From the NCBI GenBank assembly GCA_947245515.1, contig CAMXQV010000006.1, forward strand, positions 1 to 54,593: a DNA stretch of 54,593 bases, written 5' to 3'. How positions within the stretch are numbered: position 1 is the first letter of the stretch; each line of letters starts with the position of its first letter. Source of the stretch: an uncultured Clostridium sp. (GTDB lineage Bacteria; Bacillota; Clostridia; TANB77; CAG-508). Shown here piece after piece: positions 22,238-32,955 of the stretch. The notes beneath the pieces are model-generated. The model did not search any database, was not told where the DNA came from, and saw only the letters and a program-made list of their open reading frames with translations. Made by a program: the position numbers and the translations under genes.

Positions 22238-22973
22238 ATGTCAAACGTTAAAATAAATGGAATAATATTAGCAGAAAATAATTTAGGTGATTTTGATAAA
22301 ATGCTAACAATATTAACGCCAGGCATACGGAAAAATATCTTGTGTAGCTAAAGGAGCAAGAAGACCCAAAAGTGCTCTTTTAGCTGGAACACAGATATTT
22401 TGCTTTGGAGAATATTTAATGTATAAAGGTTCTAATACTTATCATATAAATTCAGTTGAACCAATTGAAGTTTTTTATAATTTAAGAACAGACTTAGATA
22501 AATTAAAATATGCTGTACATATAAATAAAATAATTCAAGATGTAACACATGAAAATCAAAATTGTTTTCAAATTTTACAACTTTTATTAAATACACTTTA
22601 TATAATATCTGAAACTGATAAAAATTTAGATTTAATATTAAGTGTTTTTAAATTGCGACTTTTATGTATTTTGGGCTTTACGCCAAAGCTTGAAAAATGT
22701 GTTAATTGTGGGCAAAAGGATAATATAAGTTTTTTTAGTATAAAAGATAATGGCTTTAAGTGTAAGATTTGTGGAAAACTGGATAAGTCATGCATTACAA
22801 TTAGTGAGAGTACTATTAATGCAATTAAATATACTGTTATAGCACCAGCAAAAAAGTTATTCTCTTTTAATATAAAAGATGATTCCTTGGAAGAATTTAA
22901 ATTAATAGTTAAATTATATTTTGATGATAAATTAGAAAGAGAATATAAGATAGACAATATTTATAATATATAA
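22238..22973 (+). CDS. recO: DNA repair protein RecO, ~244 aa, needing a +1 shift at CGG 22328
   Basis: MSNVKINGIILAENNLGDFDKMLTILTPGI-GKISCVAKGARRPKS..., zinc finger CVNC...CKIC. Confidence 0.9.
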
Positions 22974-22997
22974 AAATAAAACTAAAAAAATAAGGGG

Positions 22998-23026
22998 TTG
23001 CAAAAAAATAAATATAAAGCTATAAT
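22998..23026 (+). promoter_or_regulatory. sigma-A-like promoter of hpf
   Basis: TTGCAA, 17 nt, TATAAT. Confidence 0.55.
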
Positions 23027-23071
23027 AAGAGTATATAAAAAAATAACAAAAAGAAGAAGGGAGCAAAGGTT

Positions 23072-23599
23072 ATGAAAGTAAAAATAACAGGAAAAGAACT
23101 AAAGATAACAGAAGCAATCAAAGCCTATGTTGAAAAAAAATTAGAAAGAATTGATAAATACTTTGACGAAGGAGAAGTCGAAGTTACTTTGAAGACAGAA
23201 AAAAATGAACAAATTGCAGAAATATATGTCTCAGCAAATGGAGAAAAGTATAGAGCAGTAACAGAAAACAAAGATATGTATGCATCAATTGATAAGGACA
23301 TCGACATATTAGAAGGACAAATTAGAAAAACAAAAACAAAAAAAGAAAAAATGATGAAAGATGCATCCTTAAAATCAAAGGAAGTAGAAAGAGATACAAT
23401 TACAGAAATAAAAAATGAAATTGTAAAAACCTCATATTATGAAATTAAACCAATAACACCAGAAGATGCAGTACTAAAATTACAAGAAAAACCATCACAT
23501 AATTTTCTTACTTTTATTAATGTTGATACAGGAAAGGTAAATGTTATACATAAATTAAAAGATGGAAAGAACTATGGAATAATAGAACCAGAAGCATAA
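23072..23599 (+). CDS. hpf: ribosome hibernation promoting factor (long HPF/RaiA)
   Basis: ITGKELKITEAIKAYVEKKL, DMYASID...LEGQIRKTK, C-terminal KPITPEDAV...YGIIEP. Confidence 0.88.
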   Translation: MKVKITGKELKITEAIKAYVEKKLERIDKYFDEGEVEVTLKTEKNEQIAEIYVSANGEKYRAVTENKDMYASIDKDIDILEGQIRKTKTKKEKMMKDASLKSKEVERDTITEIKNEIVKTSYYEIKPITPEDAVLKLQEKPSHNFLTFINVDTGKVNVIHKLKDGKNYGIIEPEA

Positions 23600-23649
23600 A
23601 ACCAAAAAATCTTGAAACTTTATTAATTGTTTAAATAAAGGACAAACTT

Positions 23650-24462
23650 ATGAAACAATATAAAAAGAATATAAAAATAAAAAGAAAAAAAAGAGAAAAT
23701 ATGATAAAAATAATTATCACATTTTTTACAATAGGAATAATTATATTCATAATATTAGAAACTAAAAAGGAAAAAGAAAAAAATGAACAAACTCTTGGAA
23801 CCTTTTCAATTATAAATGTAGAAATAGACACTGCACAAATAAAAACAGATGTAGAAATAGTAAAGAAAAAACCAGAAATTAATAGTAAAGTAACAGATTG
23901 GAATTTAATATTAGTGAATAAAGAAAATGAAATTTCAGAGGACTATGAATTTGAATTAAACACAATAGACTATGAAAATAAAGTTGACAGTAGAATTGTT
24001 GAAGCTCTTACAAAAATGTTAGGAGATGCCAAAAAAGAAGGACTAGATCCATTTATTTGCTCTGCTTACAGAACAAATAAGTTACAAACAAGGTTATTTA
24101 ATAATAAAGTAAATCAATACAAATCTCAAGGATACGAAATAAAAGAAGCAGAAGAGAAAGCATCTTATTGGGTTACTTTACCAAGAACTAGTGAGCATGA
24201 AATAGGACTTGCAGTTGATATAGTTTCAAAAAAATATCAAACTTTAGATGAAAGTCAAGAAAAAACCGCCTTACAAAAATGGTTAATGGAACATTGTACA
24301 GATTATGGTTTTATACTTAGATATCCAACAGAAAAAAAAGAAATAACTAAAATCAATTATGAGCCATGGCATTATAGATATGTTGGAATAGAAGATGCAA
24401 AATTTATGAAAAAAAAGGATTTTTGTTTAGAAGAATATATAGATTTCTTAAAACAATACTAA
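23650..24462 (+). CDS. M15/VanY-type D-Ala-D-Ala carboxypeptidase
   Basis: SAYRT, SEHEIGLAVD, YGFILRYP, YEPWHYRYVG; N-terminal TM helix. Confidence 0.88.
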   Translation: MKQYKKNIKIKRKKRENMIKIIITFFTIGIIIFIILETKKEKEKNEQTLGTFSIINVEIDTAQIKTDVEIVKKKPEINSKVTDWNLILVNKENEISEDYEFELNTIDYENKVDSRIVEALTKMLGDAKKEGLDPFICSAYRTNKLQTRLFNNKVNQYKSQGYEIKEAEEKASYWVTLPRTSEHEIGLAVDIVSKKYQTLDESQEKTALQKWLMEHCTDYGFILRYPTEKKEITKINYEPWHYRYVGIEDAKFMKKKDFCLEEYIDFLKQY

Positions 24463-24487
24463 GATATAAATATTTTTATATAACAAA

Positions 24488-24513
24488 AAGGCAGGAAATC
24501 AAATCCTGCCTTT
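24488..24513. terminator. terminator between convergent genes
   Basis: AAGGCAGGA...TCCTGCCTTT inverted repeat. Confidence 0.65.
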
Positions 24514-24592
24514 ACAAATATGTAATTCAAAGAATATACAATATCAATAAAAACAAAATTTAACTTCCTGCAAAAACTAACTAATAGTTAAA

Positions 24593-24790
24593 TTATTTCA
24601 TGTTTCTTTCAGCTTGTTCTATCATTTTCTTAACCATTTGTCCACCGATTTTACCAGCATCTTTAGCTGAAATATCACCATTATAACCGTCTTTTAAGTT
24701 AACTCCAACTTCACTTGCTACTTCATATTTGAATTTATCTAAAGCAGTCATAGCTTCTGGAACTAATTTTTTGTTGCTTGAATTTGCCAT
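24593..24790 (-). CDS. alpha/beta-type small acid-soluble spore protein
   Basis: LVPEAMTALDKFKYEVASEVGV...AGKIGGQMVKKMIEQAE; GGAGGTG RBS on the minus strand. Confidence 0.93.
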   Translation of the reverse strand: MANSSNKKLVPEAMTALDKFKYEVASEVGVNLKDGYNGDISAKDAGKIGGQMVKKMIEQAERNMK

Positions 24791-25037
24791 GTTTTTTCAC
24801 CTCCTGTAATATTACATATAAGAAAAAACTTCTTTGCTTTTTCTAATACTATAATGTGCAAAAATATATAAAAATAAACAGGAAATTTTTTCAAAAAAAG
24901 TATTTTCTTAATTTAATATTTTTGATATATTAAAAAGTATATTATAATAATATTATGAACATAAATATATATTACTTTTCATATAAAACGATAAAAATTA
25001 AAAAAGTTAAAAAATAAATTAAAAAGGAGAGCTAAAA

Positions 25038-25907
25038 GTGTACAAGTTAGTTGCAATAGATTTAGATGGAACAATGTTAAACAGTTATGGTGTTGTAACA
25101 GAAAATACAAAAAAAGTAATTAAACAAACAATAGAAAAAGGTGTTGATGTAATAATTGCATCAGGAAGACCAATAGATTCAATAAAAGCAATTGCAAACG
25201 AAATAGGAAGTAACAAATATTTTATAGCAGGGAATGGTGCAATTGTATATGACATAAAAAGAGAAGAAATAATTTATGAAAAATTTTTGACAAAACAGAA
25301 AGTACTAGACATCATTAAATTGTGTGAAAAAAATAGTATAAATTATAATATATATACTGAAAAAACAATACTTGCTTCTGCCTTAAAATATAATGTGTTA
25401 TATTATCACAAAGAAAACTTAAAAAAAGAAGAAAATAAAAAAACAAATATAAATATTGTAAAAAATATGTACGAATATATAAAAGAAAGTAAAGAAGATA
25501 GATTCTTAAAAATATCAATATGTGATGATAGTAAAACTATCTTCAATTCAATAATTAAAAAAATAAAAAAAATAGAAGATTTGGAAATTTTAGAGGTTTC
25601 TCATTTATCTAGAAAAATAATAAAACAAGGAACAGAGGATATACCAATAGAATATTACTATACCGAAATTTCCAAAAAGGATGTAAATAAATGGAAGGCG
25701 ATAGAATTTTTAATAGAAAAATTAAATATAAATAAAGAGGAAGTAATTGCAATTGGAGACAATATAAATGATAAAGAAATGATAGAAAATGCAGGACTAG
25801 GTATAGCAATGGAAAAAAGTACACCAGTAGTTACAAAAATTGCAAAATTTATAACTAAAACAAATAATGAAGAAGGTGTAGCGGTAGCTTTGGAAAAATT
25901 TTGTTGA
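25038..25907 (+). CDS. Cof-type HAD hydrolase
   Basis: AIDLDGTML, ASGR, AIGDNINDKEMI, NNEEGVA. Confidence 0.9.
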   Translation: MYKLVAIDLDGTMLNSYGVVTENTKKVIKQTIEKGVDVIIASGRPIDSIKAIANEIGSNKYFIAGNGAIVYDIKREEIIYEKFLTKQKVLDIIKLCEKNSINYNIYTEKTILASALKYNVLYYHKENLKKEENKKTNINIVKNMYEYIKESKEDRFLKISICDDSKTIFNSIIKKIKKIEDLEILEVSHLSRKIIKQGTEDIPIEYYYTEISKKDVNKWKAIEFLIEKLNINKEEVIAIGDNINDKEMIENAGLGIAMEKSTPVVTKIAKFITKTNNEEGVAVALEKFC

Positions 25908-25938
25908 GACACTTGGAACAATATCCAAGTGTCTCAAC
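25903..25938 (+). terminator. hairpin at the end of the Cof gene
   Basis: GTTGAGACACTTGGA-ACAATA-TCCAAGTGTCTCAAC perfect 15-bp stem. Confidence 0.65.
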
Positions 25939-25939
25939 T

Positions 25940-26020
25940 ATTACAAAAATATTACAAAAATATTAAGTTAAAATTACAAATAAGGGTTTTATTGATTTTC
26001 TATACTAAATGAGTTAAAAT
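25940..26020 (+). promoter_or_regulatory. promoter of the pilus locus with 11-bp-spaced ATTACA boxes
   Basis: ATTACA at 25940, 25951 and 25973, ATTAAG at 25962; then TTGATT (25992), 17 nt, TAAAAT (26015). Confidence 0.5.
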
Positions 26021-26081
26021 AAAATAGATGGATATTTTGTAGAAAAATATATAAAAATAAATATAAAGGGAGGAATTTGTT

Positions 26082-27338
26082 ATGGCAACAAATCCAATGC
26101 AAAGAAAAGCAAGAATTTCATTTATTTTAGGAATGTTAGTAATGCTATTGATTTCAAGTGTTATAATAGGTTTTTTATTTATGCAATTAATGCAAAAAAA
26201 TAAAAAGGAGGAAGAAGAACAAGCTCAAAATGCAAAGGCTTATGTTTTAAATCAAGATGTGAGTTCTGGTCAAATTATTACTAAAGATATGTTGACTTTA
26301 CAAACTGTAAATAGAACTCTTGTTCCAAGCAATGCTACTAGTGATTTAAGTATAATTGATAATTATTCACTTCAAGATAAAGAAGGAAATGAAATTGGAA
26401 CTTTATATGATGAAAATGGAAAAGCTTATTTATATACTTTACGAGGTGAAAAGAAGTATTTAATTGAAAAACAAGAACAACCTCAAAATTATTATTTACA
26501 AAGAGTTAGCATAAATGCTTCAGCAAATTATATATATATTAATAAAGATAACGAAGGAAAGATTACTAAATATGTATTTTTAAATGAAGCTGAACATGAA
26601 TTGAAAGAAGATAATAATGGTAACTATTCTATTGAAAATAATAGAAGACAAGTATCAGTTAATGTAGAAAAAGAATATATGGAGTTAAATAATGTACCAT
26701 TAATTTCAAAAGTTGCAATGAAGAAAAATACTTTAATTACTACTGAATTGATTAGCAAAGGCGATAATACAGTCCAAAAGGATAAAAGAAAACAAGAATA
26801 CAACATGCTTATATTACCAATAGATTTAGCTACAGGAGATTATATTGATGTTAGATTTATGTTACCATCTGGGCAAGACTTTATAGTTGTAGCTAAAAAA
26901 GAAGTAGAAATACCAAAGGTATCAGGAATAGACTCATCAGATACAATATGGGTTAATTTATCTGAAGACGAAATCTTACATATGAGTTGTGCAATTATAG
27001 AAGCTTATAAAATAAAAGGCTCAAAATTATATGTAACTAAATATACAGAAGCAGGAATGCAAGAGGCAGCAATACCAACCTATCCAGTAAATGGAAGTAC
27101 ATCAGCCTTATTAGACAGTGATCCAAATATGTTGGAAAAAGCAAAACAAGAATTAAGTGAAAGATATAACAAAAATAACTTACCAAACCTAAGAAATGAA
27201 TATATTAATGGAGTAATAAATTCACAAGGTGAAGAAGCACAAACAAATGTAGAAGCAGGAATGACAGAAAGTGCAACAAATTCTAAAAACACAAGAAAAC
27301 AATATTTAGAAGGATTATCAGGAAAGACAGTACAATAA
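26082..27338 (+). CDS. SAF-domain / CpaB(RcpC)-like pilus assembly protein
   Basis: TM helix followed by AYVLNQDVSSGQIITKDML (SAF-like), LPIDLATGDYIDVRFMLPSGQDFIVV. Confidence 0.6.
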   Translation: MATNPMQRKARISFILGMLVMLLISSVIIGFLFMQLMQKNKKEEEEQAQNAKAYVLNQDVSSGQIITKDMLTLQTVNRTLVPSNATSDLSIIDNYSLQDKEGNEIGTLYDENGKAYLYTLRGEKKYLIEKQEQPQNYYLQRVSINASANYIYINKDNEGKITKYVFLNEAEHELKEDNNGNYSIENNRRQVSVNVEKEYMELNNVPLISKVAMKKNTLITTELISKGDNTVQKDKRKQEYNMLILPIDLATGDYIDVRFMLPSGQDFIVVAKKEVEIPKVSGIDSSDTIWVNLSEDEILHMSCAIIEAYKIKGSKLYVTKYTEAGMQEAAIPTYPVNGSTSALLDSDPNMLEKAKQELSERYNKNNLPNLRNEYINGVINSQGEEAQTNVEAGMTESATNSKNTRKQYLEGLSGKTVQ

Positions 27339-27359
27339 TAAATATAAAGGAGAAAAAAT

Positions 27360-28046
27360 ATGAAAAAAATAGGATTTATAGGGGCTTATGATAAAATAGA
27401 TATGATTATATATATTGCAAAAATCTTAACAGCTGTTGGAAAGAAAAGTCTAGTTATTGATGCGACCTACATGGGAAAAGCAAGATACACTGTTCCTACT
27501 ATAAATCCTATACAAAAATATATAACAGAATTTGAAGAAATAGATGTAGCTGTAGGAATTTATAGTATGGCAGAATTACAACAATATTTAGTAAATTCAG
27601 GAGTAAACAACCTTGAATATGATTATATATTTATTGATACAGACAATAGCACAGGAGTAAATAATTTTGATTTATGTAGTTCGGATATAAATTATTTTGT
27701 AACATCCTTAGGAAAGTATTCACTAAAAAAAGGCTTAGAAGCCCTAAAGGGGTTACAAAATCCAATTAATTTAACCAAAGTATATTTTACACAAGATTCT
27801 ATTAAAGAAGAAGATGATTATTTGAATTTTTTGTCTTCACAATATAATATAATTTGGAGGGAGCAAAGAATATACTTTCCAATAGAAAATGGAGACTTAA
27901 GTGTAATATATGAAAATCAAAGAGTAGAAAAAATAAAATTTAAAAAATTAAGTGTACAATTTAAAGATGGGCTAGAATATATAGTTGGAGAAATATTAGG
28001 GGATGTTAATGAAAATCAAATAAGAAAAATAATTAAAAATATATAA
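27360..28046 (+). CDS. degenerate ParA/MinD-fold protein
   Basis: KIGFIGAYDK (eroded P-loop), KSLVIDA, YDYIFIDTD. Confidence 0.5.
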   Translation: MKKIGFIGAYDKIDMIIYIAKILTAVGKKSLVIDATYMGKARYTVPTINPIQKYITEFEEIDVAVGIYSMAELQQYLVNSGVNNLEYDYIFIDTDNSTGVNNFDLCSSDINYFVTSLGKYSLKKGLEALKGLQNPINLTKVYFTQDSIKEEDDYLNFLSSQYNIIWREQRIYFPIENGDLSVIYENQRVEKIKFKKLSVQFKDGLEYIVGEILGDVNENQIRKIIKNI

Positions 28047-28060
28047 AAAGGAGTTTAGAT

Positions 28061-28903
28061 ATGTCAATTGTAACATTTTGGAGCGATGGAAGAGAACAAA
28101 CAGGAAAAACAACATCTATTGTAGCTGTTGCAACATATATGGCAATACAACATAATTATAAAATTTTATTAGTATCAACATCCTTTAACGATAAAACCAT
28201 GGAAAATTGTTATTGGTCAGAAAAAAAACAAAAGAGAAATTTTGGATTATTTAGTTCAAATACAAATACTAATATTGCAATGGCAAACGGAATAGAAGGA
28301 CTTTCAAAATTAATTAAAAGTAACAAAATAGCACCTGAAAATATTACTAATTATACAAAAATAGTATTTAAAGACACACTAGAAGTACTAACAGGTTATT
28401 CAGGTTATAAAGAAAAATATGATAATATAAAACTTGATTATCCAAATGTAATTAATTTAGCTAGCAAATATTATGATATAGTTTTAGTTGATTTGGATAA
28501 AGAAATGGGAAGTGACGTAATAAAAGAAATTTTAGATATGTCAAATCTAGTTGTTATAAATTTAACACAAAGATTATCAAGTATAAATAAATTTTTAGAA
28601 ACAAGAGAAGAAATACAAGCCTTAAAAGGAAAAAAATCCTTATTATTATTTAATAAATATGATAAATATTCAAAATATTCAGTAAAGAATATATCAAGAT
28701 ATATGGGAGAAAAAAATAAAGTATCAACAATTCCATATAATACCTTATTTTTTGAAGCATGTGAAGAAGCAAGAGTACCAGACTTTTTTTTAAAACTAAG
28801 AAATACTCAAATAGCAGATAGAAATGGATTCTTTTTAGCAGAAATAAGAAGAACAATTGAAAATATAATATATAGATTACAAGATTTGCAAATGAGAATG
28901 TAA
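28061..28903 (+). CDS. MinD/CpaE-like P-loop protein
   Basis: IVTFWSDGREQTGKTT, YYDIVLVDL. Confidence 0.6.
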   Translation: MSIVTFWSDGREQTGKTTSIVAVATYMAIQHNYKILLVSTSFNDKTMENCYWSEKKQKRNFGLFSSNTNTNIAMANGIEGLSKLIKSNKIAPENITNYTKIVFKDTLEVLTGYSGYKEKYDNIKLDYPNVINLASKYYDIVLVDLDKEMGSDVIKEILDMSNLVVINLTQRLSSINKFLETREEIQALKGKKSLLLFNKYDKYSKYSVKNISRYMGEKNKVSTIPYNTLFFEACEEARVPDFFLKLRNTQIADRNGFFLAEIRRTIENIIYRLQDLQMRM

Positions 28904-28917
28904 GGAGGGAAAACAGG

Positions 28918-30822
28918 ATGTTAAAGGCAATAATAAATTGGGGTTTAATCGTAAGCATTATAGTAGCTGTTGCATATTTTATTTATTACATTATAAAAAA
29001 GAAAAAAGGTGCAGAAGTAGAGCAACAAATAACAGTAGATGAAAAGACCTATACCTTAGAAAAAATGACACAATACATAAAGAATAGACTAAATGAAATA
29101 ACAAAAGTCAATTTATATGATATTGGTTTATCAGAAGAAGAATTAAAAAGAAGAAAACAAAAGAAATACGAATTAAAGAAAGCCTTAAAAGGATGTACCT
29201 ATGGGGATGTAAATGATAAAAAATATGTAAAAGAATTGATTTTTGATTTGCTAGAAAAAGAATATGGTGTTACAGAAGCAAATATATCAAAAGCAATTTC
29301 CTTTGATATTCCATCTTTATTAACCTCACAAGATAAATTTGATATTTTATTATATGCTTATAAAGTAGAGTTTGGATACGAAGCACTAACAGAGTTAATA
29401 AAAAAATATAATTTAGCAGATTTAAAATATGTAGAAGGAGAAACCAAACCTTCATATGTTATAACAAGCAACGAAATAGATGAAATCTTTGAAAAAGAAA
29501 ACATAGTTTTATCTTTTGAAGATAAATTAAAAATTGTAGTACAAAGAATATATCAATATTATAAAGGCTATAGTTCAATAGATGAAGTAAGAGATATGAA
29601 TATAGATGGAGTTTCTGGTGGTGTATCAGGATTACCAGAAAGCTTTTTAAGTCAAGTTGCACAAACAGATGGAGATTATTTAGAACAAGTTGCAGAACAT
29701 AAAGTTCCAAGAGCATGTGACAGTATATGGATATTCTTTCAGGGAAAATCTATAAGACTAGCCTTTTTAACCTTTGGAACAGAAGCAGAACTAAAAAGAG
29801 TATGTCAAAACATATATAAATACAATAATCCAGGACAATTATCAGATACAAATGGATATAAAATAAACGAAATGAAAGATGGTTCTCGTGTAGTTGTTGT
29901 AAGACCAAGCTTTTCTGAGACCTGGGCATTTTTTGTTAGAAAATTTGACGTTAAGCGTTCAACTTTAGAGCAATGGTTTAAAGGAGAAGTTGGAAGTGAT
30001 GAGTCAATAGAATTACTAAAATTCTTAGTAAAAGGTGCAAGAATTATATCTATTACAGGGGAACAAGGTTGTGGTAAAACAACCATGTTAATGGGAATGA
30101 TAGAAAACATATATGAAACCATGAATATACGTGTTCAAGAAACAGCGTTTGAGCTTCACTTAAGAAGAATTTATCCAACAAGAAATATCCTAACCTTCCG
30201 TGAAACAGAAACAATTTCTGGACAAGAAGGTTTGGACGTTCAAAAGAAAACAGATGGATCTGTAAATATTATAGGAGAGGTTGCAACAGATCCTGTAGCA
30301 TCTTGGATGATACAAGCAGCACAAGTAGCATCTAAGTTTACACTATTTACACACCATGCTAAAACCTTTCCAAACTTAGTAACTGCACTTCGTAACTCAA
30401 TGTTAAGAACAGGAGTATTCAAAAACGAAAAAACAGCAGAAGAACAAGTTATACAGGTATTAAATTTTGACATTCATTTAACTAAAGACTTTAGAGGAAA
30501 AAGATATGTAGAAAGAATAACAGAATGTATACCAGTAGAAGAAAAAAATGAATATACTTTTGACCATAGAAAAGAAAAAACTTTGGAAGGTAAATTTGAT
30601 AAGTTTTTTGATAATGCAACACATTATTTTACAAAAATAACAGATAGACAATTATATAGATATAGAAATATATTAGAATATGTAGATGGAGAATACATAA
30701 TTACAAATCCAATTTCAGACACAAATATAAAAGAAATGAGACTTAATATGGATGAAACAGATTTAGAAGCTTTTGATAAATTTATTGAAAAACATTGGGG
30801 AAAAGTAAAAGAAACTGTATAA
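28918..30822 (+). CDS. CpaF/TadA (VirB11-like) secretion ATPase
   Basis: DGSRVVVVRP, FVRKF, ITGEQGCGKTT Walker A, IIGEV Walker B, TLFTHHA His box. Confidence 0.8.
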   Translation: MLKAIINWGLIVSIIVAVAYFIYYIIKKKKGAEVEQQITVDEKTYTLEKMTQYIKNRLNEITKVNLYDIGLSEEELKRRKQKKYELKKALKGCTYGDVNDKKYVKELIFDLLEKEYGVTEANISKAISFDIPSLLTSQDKFDILLYAYKVEFGYEALTELIKKYNLADLKYVEGETKPSYVITSNEIDEIFEKENIVLSFEDKLKIVVQRIYQYYKGYSSIDEVRDMNIDGVSGGVSGLPESFLSQVAQTDGDYLEQVAEHKVPRACDSIWIFFQGKSIRLAFLTFGTEAELKRVCQNIYKYNNPGQLSDTNGYKINEMKDGSRVVVVRPSFSETWAFFVRKFDVKRSTLEQWFKGEVGSDESIELLKFLVKGARIISITGEQGCGKTTMLMGMIENIYETMNIRVQETAFELHLRRIYPTRNILTFRETETISGQEGLDVQKKTDGSVNIIGEVATDPVASWMIQAAQVASKFTLFTHHAKTFPNLVTALRNSMLRTGVFKNEKTAEEQVIQVLNFDIHLTKDFRGKRYVERITECIPVEEKNEYTFDHRKEKTLEGKFDKFFDNATHYFTKITDRQLYRYRNILEYVDGEYIITNPISDTNIKEMRLNMDETDLEAFDKFIEKHWGKVKETV

Positions 30823-30858
30823 GAACATTATTACTAAAAGAAGGAGGTGCTATAATAA

Positions 30859-32942
30859 TTGAATAATACAATAATATTTATAGTGATGGGTATTACTCTT
30901 GTTGCAATTTTTGCAATTATAATAATATATGTAGCCTTATCTAAAAAGATGCAAAAGTCAGAATATAAAAGAATACAACAATTACAAAAAGGAACAAAAG
31001 AGAATAGTTTTTCTTTTGAAGTACTATTTCAAAAATTATATATTAGTTATATAAAAATACCTTTTTTAAAAAGATATGTTTTGAAATTAAGAAGAAGGCT
31101 AGAGATTATTAATATAGATGATGAATTTGCAACCAGACGTGATACAGCTAAAATACTTACAAAAGCAATTTTTATTATAGTTCCAATTATACTTATAACA
31201 ATCTTAATTGCAAAAAATAATTTACTATTAATGTTTATTTTAGTAATTTTTGAAGTATTTATGATAGATACCCTAATTGATGGTTCTGTTGATAAAATTG
31301 ATAATAAATTATTAAAAGAACAAATAAATTTTTTTGCTGAAATTAGACATGCTTATCATGAATTTAATATGGTAGAAGAAGCAATTTATCAAGTATCACA
31401 AGATGATGAAAAAAGTATATCAGGACAAGGTGAAAAAATATATGAAGTTTTAATTTCAGAGGATCCAGAGACTGAATTAGAGAAATATTATGATATAGCA
31501 CCAAATAGCTTTTTAAAGGAATTTGCTGGTATATCTTATCTAACCAAAGAATATGGAGATAGAAAAATTGATGGTGCATCTTTATATTTAAAAAATGTAA
31601 ACAATATTACACAAGAAATGCAACTAGAAATTTTAAAAAGAGATAAATTGAGTTATGTATTTCAAAGTTTATCAATTATTTCAATTGCACCAATTGTGCT
31701 TTTAGAACCACTAAAAAGTTGGGCAACTTCAAACTTTACTTTTACATCTAGTTGGTATTTTGGAAAAGCTGGTATGATTGTACAGATTTTAATATCAATA
31801 ATAACAATTTTAGCTTATCTTTTAATAAGAAAACTAAAAGATAATGGATCTACAGGAATAAGTAATAAAAACATGGAAAATCCATGGCAAGCAAAAGTAT
31901 ATAAAAATAGTATTGTAAAAAAAATAGTAAATTTATTTATACCTAAACAAGGTACAAAAGAATTTAGAGAAACAACACAGATGCTTAAAGATGCAGCATC
32001 ACCCTTGAAAATTGAATGGTTATATATAAATAGAGTATCACTAGCAATAGTCACTTTTGTAGTATCCTTTTTTATATTTGCACAGTTACATACAATAGCC
32101 AAAAATTATGTTTATACAGAGCCAACAACAGAATATGATTTAATACGGACGGTTTAGATAAAAAAGATGAGAAAAAAGCAGAAGAATTAACGAAACAAGA
32201 TAATAAGTTTTTAGATTTATTTAAAGGAAAATTAGATACAACTGAAAAGGATGTAAGATTAGCAGTTGAAAGGTCAAAATATTATGAAGAAGCTAATGGT
32301 GAAGAAATTGATAAAGCAGTTGAAAGAATTTTAAAAAAAGTTAAAATTATAAATAGTGAAAGCTTACAAGCGTTTGAGGTATTATTAGCATGTGTATTTA
32401 TGATAGTTGCATATATGATGCCACGTTGGATGTTATTTTTCCAAGTAAAAATGAGACAACTAGAAATGGAAGATGAGGTAATGCAATTCCAAACAATAAT
32501 ATTAATGTTAATGAGAATTGAAAGAGTAAATGTAGAAATTATTTTAGAATGGCTAGAACGTTATGCTAATATTTTTAAAGCACCAATCACAAAATGTTTA
32601 AACAATTACGAAGCAGGTGCATGGGAAGCTTTGGAGGAAATGAAGGAAGAAGTTTCTTATATGCAGTTAATTAGAATAATTGAAAGTTTACAAGCAGCAG
32701 TGGAAAAAATACCAATTAAAGAAGCTTTTGATGAATTAGATTCAGAAAGAGAATATTATCAAGCTAAAAGAAAAGAAACTAATGATAGATTAATATCTAG
32801 AAAAGGAATGATAGGTAAATTTATAGGATTTGCACCAATGGTTAGTATGTTTGTTTTATATTTGATTTTACCTTTAGTATTTATAGGTTTAACATCTATG
32901 TCAAATTCTTTCAAATCACTAAACTCAATGATGAAGAAGTAA
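30859..32942 (+). CDS. TadB/TadC-like fused membrane platform protein, ~693 aa, needing two consecutive +1 shifts at CGGA-CGGT 32146-32153
   Basis: Several TM helices, position right after the ATPase. The frame from 32151 is open through the 32157-32400 gap and joins ORF 32400-32942. Confidence 0.7.
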
Positions 32943-32955
32943 GGAGGCAAATTGT

